Assembly (NCBI GenBank): GCA_016931855.1
Contig: JAFGDZ010000026.1
Span: 31,472-95,471 of the forward strand
Length of the DNA stretch: 64,000 nt
Origin: Bacteroidales bacterium
GTDB taxonomy: Bacteria > Bacteroidota > Bacteroidia > Bacteroidales > Tenuifilaceae
Direction: 5' to 3'
Shown here: positions 51,250-59,516 of the stretch, piece after piece
Position numbering within the stretch: position 1 is the first letter of the stretch
How the letters are laid out: every line of letters starts with the position of its first letter
Notes under the pieces: generated by a model
The model's input: only the letters and a program-made list of their open reading frames with translations
Database searches by the model: none
What the model was told of the DNA's origin: nothing
Program-made: the position numbers and the translations under genes

Positions 51250-53640
51250 ATGAACCAGCTGAAAGGCATGAACTTTTTGAGAAATCTTAAAATGGGGCAA
51301 AGAATTCAACTCTTTGTCTTTCTCACCGTGGTAGCAACCTATACCATAACGGGCATCGTGCTTTCACGCTTTTCGGTAATCAATGCCGAAAACACATCAA
51401 GAAATCAGGTTAGCGTTTACATTAACACCCTGCAAAGCATAGTTGACCTTCAGGAACGCATAACCAAAAACGGTATAGACCAAACAGATATAACAGCCCT
51501 AAAAACGCACTTTTATAAAGCCGCATTTCACAAAACCGATTTCCCTTTCATCCTAAGTAATACCGGACGCTACCTGCTACATATAACAAAGGAGGACCAA
51601 CGTATTCCTAAAGATATCTTTGTTCAAATAGCAAGCAACCCCAACAGGCAAGGGTGGATTACGGTTGAAACAACACAAGGAACCGAAGAAGTTTACTACA
51701 AATACATTAGCGAATACGACATATACCTTGGCATTACCACCCCATACAAAGAAATAGTTAAAGACGTAAAACAGAACCGCTTTTTAATGATTCTTGTGGT
51801 AACTCTTGCCATAGGCCTTTTCTTTATAACAGTATTGCTAATAATAAAGCCAATAACAAAAACGATTCAACAAGTTAACGACACCATTAAGATGATGGCG
51901 CTTGGGCTTGAGGGGCATAAGCTTAACCGAGAGCAAAACGACGAGCTTGGCCAGATTACAGAATCGCTAAACACACTTACCGAAGGGCTAAGCAGAACAT
52001 CTCACTTCGCTAACGAACTTGGGAACAACAACCTAAACGCCGAGTTCCAACCCCTTAGCAACGAAGACATTCTTGGCAACGCCCTTATATCCATGCGCAA
52101 TAGCCTCAAAGCAGCCGAAATAGAAGAGAAACGCCGCAAGCAAGAGGACGAAACCAGAAACTGGATTACCTCTGGACTTGCCATGTTTGGCGATATACTG
52201 CGCCAAAACAACAACAACCTTGCGCTCCTTGCCGATAGCGTTACCCAAAATTTGGTAAACTACCTAAACGCGAATCAAGGCGGACTATTCATTTACAATA
52301 ACGACGATACATCAAACCCACACCTTGAACTTGTATCGGCCTTTGCATACAACAGAAAAAAGTTCTTTGAAAGGACAATTGCCCTTAACGAAGGGTTAGT
52401 TGGCACCTGCGCCGTAGAAAAGAACACCATATACCTAAAAGAGATTCCCGATGGTTATATTACCATAACCTCAGGATTAGGGGAAGCAACACCTACATCG
52501 CTACTAATTGTACCACTAAAACTAGAGGACACAATTTTTGGAGTAGTAGAGATAGCCTCATTTGCCGAGTTCTCTCAACACGAAATTGAATTTGTTGAGA
52601 AAATTGGCGAAAGTATTGCCTCAACCCTTTTCTCCGTAAAGAATGCCATTCGCACCACCCATTTGCTGGAGCAATCGCAGCAGCAACGTGAGGAAATGGC
52701 AGCACAAGAAGAGGAAATGCGCCAAAATATGGAGGAAATGCAAGCCACACAGGAAGAGATGGCTCGCAAAACCATTGAGATGGAAGGAATATCTAAAGCC
52801 ATTGACCAAGCGCTAATATACTGCGAGCTAGACGAGGATGCCAATATTTTCCTTCCTAACGATAACCTAGCCGCAGCAATGGGCTACCCCAAGCATGAAC
52901 TCGATGGAGTTAACCTAAGCGAGATTGTCCATATCAGCAACAAAAAGGAGATTGCCGCAATTCGTAACGAGATTGCCCTTGGCGCTCCATACAAAGGAAC
53001 CCTGCACCTAATTAATCGCGATGGACAGGATCTCTACCTGCACACTAACATAAGCCCAACCTTTGACGAGCTTGGTGGTATTTACAAAATCATTCTAATT
53101 GGTCAGGATATAACCGAAAGCAAGCTACTGGAGATAAAAGCCCAGAAACAAGCAGACGAGATAGAGGCAAACCTTGTAGAAATAAAGGCAGAGCAACAGC
53201 TTGCCCAAATGAAAGAGAACGACATTAAGGGTTTACTCCAAGCACTGGACACAACATGCCTAATTACAGAAATTGAACTTTCTGGGAAAATCACCTATAT
53301 AAACAATAAGAATGTGGAAACACTAGGTGATCCAAAAGATAAAATTGAAGGTAAGTACCACCGCGATTTGGATGGCCTTGCAAAGAAAAGTCCTAAAGAG
53401 TACGAGGCATTCTGGAACAGCCTACTTTCTGGCATTTCGCAGAACAGGGTATTTAGCCTAACCGTAAATGGCATTGAGAAATGGATATCGGAGCACTACA
53501 CCCCTGTAACCGACGATAATGGTAATGTAACCAAGGTAATAAACATTGGCTTCGACATAACCGACAGCAAGGAGAAAGAGAAAGAGATGCAACGCCTTAT
53601 TGCAGAAATAGAACAGCTAAAAAAGAACAACAATAAATAA
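51250..53640 (+). CDS. membrane sensor with TM, HAMP, GAF, MCP-like methylation heptads and PAS domains
   Basis: N-terminal TM and HAMP-like region (about 51800-52050). GAF domain (about 52250-52650). Stretch QQQREEMAAQEEEMRQNMEEMQATQEEMARK (52671-52775) matches the MCP methylation-site consensus EExxA[ST]. Followed by two PAS-like segments. Confidence 0.7.
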   Translation: MNQLKGMNFLRNLKMGQRIQLFVFLTVVATYTITGIVLSRFSVINAENTSRNQVSVYINTLQSIVDLQERITKNGIDQTDITALKTHFYKAAFHKTDFPFILSNTGRYLLHITKEDQRIPKDIFVQIASNPNRQGWITVETTQGTEEVYYKYISEYDIYLGITTPYKEIVKDVKQNRFLMILVVTLAIGLFFITVLLIIKPITKTIQQVNDTIKMMALGLEGHKLNREQNDELGQITESLNTLTEGLSRTSHFANELGNNNLNAEFQPLSNEDILGNALISMRNSLKAAEIEEKRRKQEDETRNWITSGLAMFGDILRQNNNNLALLADSVTQNLVNYLNANQGGLFIYNNDDTSNPHLELVSAFAYNRKKFFERTIALNEGLVGTCAVEKNTIYLKEIPDGYITITSGLGEATPTSLLIVPLKLEDTIFGVVEIASFAEFSQHEIEFVEKIGESIASTLFSVKNAIRTTHLLEQSQQQREEMAAQEEEMRQNMEEMQATQEEMARKTIEMEGISKAIDQALIYCELDEDANIFLPNDNLAAAMGYPKHELDGVNLSEIVHISNKKEIAAIRNEIALGAPYKGTLHLINRDGQDLYLHTNISPTFDELGGIYKIILIGQDITESKLLEIKAQKQADEIEANLVEIKAEQQLAQMKENDIKGLLQALDTTCLITEIELSGKITYINNKNVETLGDPKDKIEGKYHRDLDGLAKKSPKEYEAFWNSLLSGISQNRVFSLTVNGIEKWISEHYTPVTDDNGNVTKVINIGFDITDSKEKEKEMQRLIAEIEQLKKNNNK

Positions 53641-53656
53641 TCTATCAATACAAGCA

Positions 53657-54487
53657 ATGATAAGATTTGAGATAGGCATAGTTGATACAAGGAACGTACT
53701 TAAGGCAATTCTTGATGCCTATGGGTACGATTTTAAAGATTATGCCCTTACCTCTTTAAAAAGAAGAATAGAACTCTTTGTTGCCAACGAGGGGCTAAGG
53801 GATATTGATACCCTAATTAGCCGTTTGCAGCAAGGGAAAGACTATTTTGAGCGCTTTCTACAATCCATAACCCCTGAAACTACCGAAATGTTTAGGGATC
53901 CATCGCTGTGGAGAAATCTCAGAGATCATATTCTTCCTGATATTACCAAAGGAACAACGCGCCCCAAAATATGGTTAGCAGGATTCGATTCTGGTGAACA
54001 GCTTTACTCCCTAGCAATTATCCTAAAGGAGATGAACTTGCTTACTGAAGTTCAGCTATACGCCTCGTACATTAGCGACTTTACACTGGAGAAAATAAAG
54101 AATGGAACCGCTGATATTAAGCAACTTGAGGTAAATGAGGCAAACTACTCTAGGCTTGAGGGCAAGGGCTCGTTTTCCGATTATTACAAAACGGCGAACG
54201 GAACGGTAACCCTTGACAACCAGCTAATTCAAGGCGTAAACTTTGTTAAGCAAACCCCAGCCTTTGATCAAGGGCCAGGTGGCGTAAAAATGGTTCTTTT
54301 TCGCAATCAAACCATTTACTTTAACCAGCTGCTAACCGACCGATCCGTTAACGCCATGTACAACGCCTTAGTACCAGGCGGTTACCTTGTTCTAGGAATT
54401 AAGGAATCTTTGGAAAATACAAACTCAAACAATAAATTTACCGTTGTTAACGAGTCTGAACAGATTTATAAGAAAAAAACACTATAG
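53657..54487 (+). CDS. CheR-like methyltransferase paralog with degenerate SAM-binding motif
   Basis: Alignable to CheR (FRDP..W..L) but the GCSTGEE motif is replaced by IWLAGFDSGEQLYS. Confidence 0.7.
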   Translation: MIRFEIGIVDTRNVLKAILDAYGYDFKDYALTSLKRRIELFVANEGLRDIDTLISRLQQGKDYFERFLQSITPETTEMFRDPSLWRNLRDHILPDITKGTTRPKIWLAGFDSGEQLYSLAIILKEMNLLTEVQLYASYISDFTLEKIKNGTADIKQLEVNEANYSRLEGKGSFSDYYKTANGTVTLDNQLIQGVNFVKQTPAFDQGPGGVKMVLFRNQTIYFNQLLTDRSVNAMYNALVPGGYLVLGIKESLENTNSNNKFTVVNESEQIYKKKTL

Positions 54488-54493
54488 CACTAG

Positions 54494-55051
54494 ATGTATA
54501 AAGCAGTAATCATAGGAGGTTCAGCAGGCAGTTTTCAGGTAATAACCCGAATCCTTCACTCGTTACCCCCAACGTTTCCCCTTCCCGTACTTTTAAGCCT
54601 ACATAGGCTAAAGCACGTACGAAGCGGCTTTGTTGAAGCGCTTTCTATAAAATCGGGCATTCCAGTTGTTGAACCATTTGATAAAGATCAGATAAAACCG
54701 GGCCGAGCATACCTTGCCCCTGCCAACTACCATATGTTTATTGAGCTTGGCAACAAAATAGCCCTATCAACAGAGGAGCCAGTAAACCACTCTAGGCCAA
54801 GTATCGATTTATCATTTGTAACAGCCGCACAGGTTTACAGAGACAAACTTGTTGGCATTATACTCTCCGGAGCAAACCGCGATGGAGCCTACGGCCTAAA
54901 AAAGGTAAAAGACTTGGGCGGATTAACCATTGTACAAGATCCGCTAGAATGCCAAGTAAAAACAATGACAGAGGCCTCAATGAAACTTACTAAGGTAGAT
55001 CACGTTTACTCTACCAACGAGATCATAAAATTCCTGCAAAGCATAAAATAA
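54494..55051 (+). CDS. cheB: CheB-type methylesterase domain protein without receiver domain
   Basis: 185 aa with catalytic GGSAGS (Ser), NHSRPSID (His) and GANRDGA (Asp). No REC domain. Confidence 0.85.
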   Translation: MYKAVIIGGSAGSFQVITRILHSLPPTFPLPVLLSLHRLKHVRSGFVEALSIKSGIPVVEPFDKDQIKPGRAYLAPANYHMFIELGNKIALSTEEPVNHSRPSIDLSFVTAAQVYRDKLVGIILSGANRDGAYGLKKVKDLGGLTIVQDPLECQVKTMTEASMKLTKVDHVYSTNEIIKFLQSIK

Positions 55052-55057
55052 CATACC

Positions 55058-55849
55058 ATGAAGCAACTTAAAGCCCATTCAAGGTTAATCCCCTCGTTAC
55101 TACTTGCGCTGCTAATGGTAGGCATTCTGCTAATTTTCCTAGTCTATCACAACGCCCTTGTTGGCGCTAACGCTAAGGCTAACGAAACGGGTGCTATTCT
55201 ATTTATCCTTTTAAGTGCAGCCATTGCTGTTGCCCTATTCCTACAAACAACACAAGCCATAAGCAAGAACCAAGGGCTTTCCGAAGAGGTTGCTTCCCTT
55301 AAACGTACAATTAAAGCTTCGCAGCAAAAAAAGGAGGTTATTGAAACCACTACCGAAATTACCATTGATGCTAACGCTGAGGCTGACAAGCTAATTCCCA
55401 ACCCCCACTCCGACGATCAGATCTCTTTCCTTGAGAAGCTACTCTCAAACATTGCCAAGCAACACGATATTGTTCAAGGCCTTGTTTACCTAAAAGACCA
55501 CGAATCGGGCATATTCAGCTTTACCGCAGGCTATGCATTCTACACCGAAACAGCACCCCCAACCTACACCGAGGGAGAAACGCTATCGGGGCAAGTTGCA
55601 AAAAACAAAACGCTACTAAACATATCCGATATCCCAACCGATTACATCACAATACTTTCAGGACTAGGAAAGGGGTCGCCAAAGCATTTACTAATTATTC
55701 CTATATTAGGGAACGATGATCAGACCATTGGAATCATCGAATTAGCATCATTCTCTCGTATCAACACAACAAACGAAGAGGTTTTTGCTTTACTAGGGAA
55801 AAAACTAGGCGCTCTTATTTCCAATACCAATAAACTCATTGAGGAATAG
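55058..55849 (+). CDS. membrane-anchored GAF-domain protein
   Basis: Two TM helices, a coiled coil, then a GAF domain paralogous to those in the flanking sensors (DYITILSGLGKGSPKHLLIIPIL...IGIIELASF). Confidence 0.6.
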   Translation: MKQLKAHSRLIPSLLLALLMVGILLIFLVYHNALVGANAKANETGAILFILLSAAIAVALFLQTTQAISKNQGLSEEVASLKRTIKASQQKKEVIETTTEITIDANAEADKLIPNPHSDDQISFLEKLLSNIAKQHDIVQGLVYLKDHESGIFSFTAGYAFYTETAPPTYTEGETLSGQVAKNKTLLNISDIPTDYITILSGLGKGSPKHLLIIPILGNDDQTIGIIELASFSRINTTNEEVFALLGKKLGALISNTNKLIEE

Positions 55850-55850
55850 T

Positions 55851-58463
55851 ATGACATTAATTAGCAGCACGGCAGTAACCAGTGGCAATAACTTAGCAAA
55901 GCAGCGAGCCATTATTGCAGCAGCAATTGGCCTGCTGTTTCCTATTGCTGCATGGATGATTGATTTTGCCTTAAAAGACATTGCCTTTAGCCTATCAGGA
56001 ATAGCCCAATTACACGCAGTAAACCCTACCCATTGGTTTATTGACCTACTCCCCGTAGTGTTCGCGTTCCTAGCATGGAGCCAAACGCAAAGGCATCAGG
56101 CTAAAGTGGAATTCCTTGAAGAGCAGCTAAATCAACGCGACGAGGACATAAACAAGAACGCCCTGTTTGCCAAAAAAATAGGTAACGGAGAGTACACCGC
56201 GCCCTTTGAAGTAAGCGACGAGGAGGATATACTAGGCAAGTCGCTACTAATGATGCGCGACAACCTAATTGAGAACAACAGAAAAGAGGCCGAACAAAAC
56301 TGGATAGCAAAGGGGAAAGACGAGATTTCCTACATACTCCGGCTACACAACTCCATTGACGAGCTCTCCTACGACGTACTAGTAAAGCTAATAAAGTACA
56401 TAAACTCCATACAAGGAGCTATTTACATTTTTGATGAGGATAAAGACAAGCTAATAAACCTTGCCACATACGCCTACAATCGTAAAAAGTATGTTTCCCA
56501 AGAATTTAAAGTGGGACAAGGGCTAATTGGGCAATGCGCATACGAACAAGACTTTATTTACCGCACCGAAATACCCGACGATTACGTAACCATAACCTCG
56601 GGCATCCTTGGCGACAAAAAGCCCAAGAGCTTACTTCTAGTACCCCTTACCACCGACGAAAAGCTACAGGGCGTACTTGAGTTTGCGTCTGTTGCCCCAG
56701 AGATACCTGAGCTAACCATCCGCTTTATACGCGAAGTGGGCGAGATTATTGCCCGCACCGTATTTAACCTTAAGATAAACCACAAAACAGAGCGGTTACT
56801 ACAGGAAGCACAGCAGATGACCGAAGAGCTTCGAGAGAATGAGGAGGAGCTGCGGCAAAATGCCGAGGAGATGCGTGCAACCCACGAAGAGCTAGAAAAA
56901 TCTAACGCTCAGCTGGAATCAAAAATCCAAGAAGTTGAGAACGCCCAAAAAAGGCTTCACTCACTTCTCGAGAATGCATCGGAGATAATCTCCATATACA
57001 ACAAAGAGCTTAAGCTAACCTTTATAAGCCCCTCTGTAACCAAAATCCTAGGCTACACCCCACTTGAGATGATGAGTGGAAAGGATATGGATCGTCTAAC
57101 CCGTAAAGGGGAGCAAGAGGTTAAAAGCATGTTTGAGCAGCTACTCGAAACCCCACGAGTACCTATCTCCATCCAGTACACCTTTATGAAAAAGGATGGC
57201 GAGAAAATTTTCCTTGAGGTTACAGGCAGAAACCTACTTGACGACCCAGCAATTAACGGCATTATCCTTAATTCACAAGACATTACGGAGCGCAAGCGAG
57301 CCGAGAAGGAAGAGCGTATGCGTAGTAAAATGCAAGCCCTATCGGAGAACTCTCCCGACATGATTATGCGCTTAAACACCGCAGGGCAGTTCTTCTACGC
57401 CAACCCCATGGTTGAAATCTACCTTGGAATCCCAGCAAAAGACCTGATTAACCAAACCCTGAACACCATAAATATTCAGGATACGCTTTCCAACTTCTTT
57501 AAAGATGCCATTAAGAACATCAAAATAAGCAAAGAGAAGTTTGAAGGCGAACTCGCCTTTGACTCGCAAATGGGAGAAACCATAATGCACATCAAGGCAA
57601 TCCCAGAATTCAACGAGAACGAGCTAGAAACCATCCTATTTGTTAGCCACGACATTACAGAGGCCAAGCGAATAGAGATGGAAATTCAGGATAAGAATCG
57701 TAAAATTACCGAGAGCATTAACTATGCGCAGCGTATCCAAACCTCAATTCTGCCAAACAATAGGGTAATTAGGCAATACCTGCCAAAATCGTTTATACTA
57801 TACAAACCACGCGATGTGGTAAGCGGCGACTTCCCTTGGTTTTTCCTTAAGGAGGATAATATCTATATTGCAGCAGTAGATTGTACTGGACACGGCGTGC
57901 CAGGTGCGCTACTATCGTTCATTGGCTACTTTATTCTGAACAACGTTGTTGACCATGATGTTAGCTACACCGCAGGACAAATACTTGACAACCTACACTA
58001 CGGCGTTCGTAAAACGTTAAAACAGGACAGACCCGATGCCGATGCAAGGGATGGTATGGATATTGCGCTCTGCAAAATCGACCTAAAGAAAAATGAGCTA
58101 CAATTTGCAGGCGCACATAGGCCATTGTATCTACTCCGAAAAGGAGAGCTCATTGAGTATAAGGGCGACAGAAAGGCCATTGGCGGAATACCTCACCCCA
58201 AAAAGGGTGAAGTTGACTTTGCTAACCATGTGCTAGAAATTATGCCAGGCGATAAAATCTTTTTCTTCTCCGACGGGCTACCCGACCAAGTTGGCGGCAA
58301 CGATAAGAAAAAGTACAGCCCAGGCCGCATAAGGGAGCTAATTATGGCAAACCAGCAATACTCTATGCCACAGTACTCAGACCTGTTCTCTGGTGACTTT
58401 GAAGACTATAAAGGCAACAACAAACAAGTTGACGACGTACTGCTAATTGGGATTGAATTCTAA
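55851..58463 (+). CDS. membrane sensor with HAMP-like region, GAF, MCP-like methylation heptads, two PAS domains and a C-terminal PP2C/SpoIIE Ser/Thr phosphatase
   Basis: Start set at ATG 55851, directly after the upstream stop. GAF (DYVTITSGILGDKKPKSLLLVPL). Methylation-like EELRENEEELRQNAEEMRATHEELEK (about 56801-56900). PP2C motifs SGDFPWF, AAVDCTGHGVPGA, DGMDIALC, FFFSDGLPDQ. Confidence 0.75.
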   Translation: MTLISSTAVTSGNNLAKQRAIIAAAIGLLFPIAAWMIDFALKDIAFSLSGIAQLHAVNPTHWFIDLLPVVFAFLAWSQTQRHQAKVEFLEEQLNQRDEDINKNALFAKKIGNGEYTAPFEVSDEEDILGKSLLMMRDNLIENNRKEAEQNWIAKGKDEISYILRLHNSIDELSYDVLVKLIKYINSIQGAIYIFDEDKDKLINLATYAYNRKKYVSQEFKVGQGLIGQCAYEQDFIYRTEIPDDYVTITSGILGDKKPKSLLLVPLTTDEKLQGVLEFASVAPEIPELTIRFIREVGEIIARTVFNLKINHKTERLLQEAQQMTEELRENEEELRQNAEEMRATHEELEKSNAQLESKIQEVENAQKRLHSLLENASEIISIYNKELKLTFISPSVTKILGYTPLEMMSGKDMDRLTRKGEQEVKSMFEQLLETPRVPISIQYTFMKKDGEKIFLEVTGRNLLDDPAINGIILNSQDITERKRAEKEERMRSKMQALSENSPDMIMRLNTAGQFFYANPMVEIYLGIPAKDLINQTLNTINIQDTLSNFFKDAIKNIKISKEKFEGELAFDSQMGETIMHIKAIPEFNENELETILFVSHDITEAKRIEMEIQDKNRKITESINYAQRIQTSILPNNRVIRQYLPKSFILYKPRDVVSGDFPWFFLKEDNIYIAAVDCTGHGVPGALLSFIGYFILNNVVDHDVSYTAGQILDNLHYGVRKTLKQDRPDADARDGMDIALCKIDLKKNELQFAGAHRPLYLLRKGELIEYKGDRKAIGGIPHPKKGEVDFANHVLEIMPGDKIFFFSDGLPDQVGGNDKKKYSPGRIRELIMANQQYSMPQYSDLFSGDFEDYKGNNKQVDDVLLIGIEF

Positions 58464-58502
58464 AATTGATTATTACTTGCAAATTATATAATTTTACGGG
58501 CT

Positions 58503-59078
58503 ATGGATAAGAAAAATGTCAGAGGATTTCTTGAGTTCGTTTACGACTTTTACAAGTCGATGAAAGCTCATGAAATAACCCTTGTTTACGAGGGAGAAAT
58601 CACGCACCAAATCACCAAGGCCTTTACTTCACTCACCGAGTCGAATATGGCCAAAGAGGAGGAATCCAACTCTGTACAAAAAAAGGTATTCCATGTAATG
58701 GTAGAGTGCCTCCAAAATATCAGCAAGCATGCTGATAGCTTTGGGTCAGACGACTTCCTTTTTGCTGGACGCGGCATATTTATGGTAAGCAAAGGCGAGG
58801 ATGATTACCACGTTACCACTGGTAACGTAATTGAGAACTCTAAAATTGATGAGCTATCGAGGATTCTCGACAACATTAACCAGCTGGATAAGGAAGGGCT
58901 AAAACAGCTCTACAAAACCCAGATGCGCGAAGGAAGGCTCTCCGAAAAAGGCGGGGCTGGACTTGGCTTTATCGACATCGCACGCAAAACTGGAAGAAAG
59001 CTGGAGTACCACTTCCTTCCTATTGATGAAGAAACACATTTCTTTATTTTAACATCAACCATTTCTAGAAACGGATAA
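58503..59078 (+). CDS. GHKL-ATPase anti-sigma-factor-like Ser/Thr kinase (SiaB/RsbW-like)
   Basis: N-box ECLQNISKH (ExxxNxxxH) and G2 box GGAGLGF in a 191-aa protein immediately downstream of the PP2C sensor. Confidence 0.55.
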   Translation: MDKKNVRGFLEFVYDFYKSMKAHEITLVYEGEITHQITKAFTSLTESNMAKEEESNSVQKKVFHVMVECLQNISKHADSFGSDDFLFAGRGIFMVSKGEDDYHVTTGNVIENSKIDELSRILDNINQLDKEGLKQLYKTQMREGRLSEKGGAGLGFIDIARKTGRKLEYHFLPIDEETHFFILTSTISRNG

Positions 59079-59091
59079 AACACATCTCGAT

Positions 59092-59475
59092 ATGGAAACC
59101 ATAAAAATAATGGGAACCGACGACACCCCAACGGTTATTCTTGACGCTGAAAATGACATTTTTGAAATCTCAGGCCGCTCGCTCCCCGAGGATGTTACAG
59201 CCTTTTACGATCCGATTCTAAATTGGCTCGATGAGTACGCTAGCAGTCCCAATACCAAAACCGCATTTAACTTTAAACTCGTTTACTTTAACACTGCGAG
59301 CTCAAAGCTGCTGCTTGATATTCTTATGAAGCTGGAGCAAATGCACGAGGACGGGAAAGATGTTGTTGTTAAGTGGTTCTATCCTGAGGACGACGAGGAT
59401 ATGCAAGAGGCGGGCGAAGAGTATGCCGACATAGTTGACGTGCCCTTTGAGCAAATTGGATATACCCTTAACTAA
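59092..59475 (+). CDS. DUF1987-like (SiaC-like) small protein, candidate phospho-substrate / partner-switch component
   Basis: 127 aa. Length, the acidic C-terminus and the pattern TPTVILDAENDIFEISGRSLPEDVTAFYDPILNWL match my memory of the DUF1987 family fold. Confidence 0.5.
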   Translation: METIKIMGTDDTPTVILDAENDIFEISGRSLPEDVTAFYDPILNWLDEYASSPNTKTAFNFKLVYFNTASSKLLLDILMKLEQMHEDGKDVVVKWFYPEDDEDMQEAGEEYADIVDVPFEQIGYTLN

Positions 59476-59516
59476 ACCATTTGTACCCTTTAGGTAACCA
59501 CAACCCTGCATAGAAA

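Noticed and set aside
55839-55850. Start of PP2C sensor at 55839 overlapping the upstream GAF gene
   Set aside because: An ATG at 55851 lies immediately after the upstream stop and gives a clean non-overlapping start, so that one is preferred.
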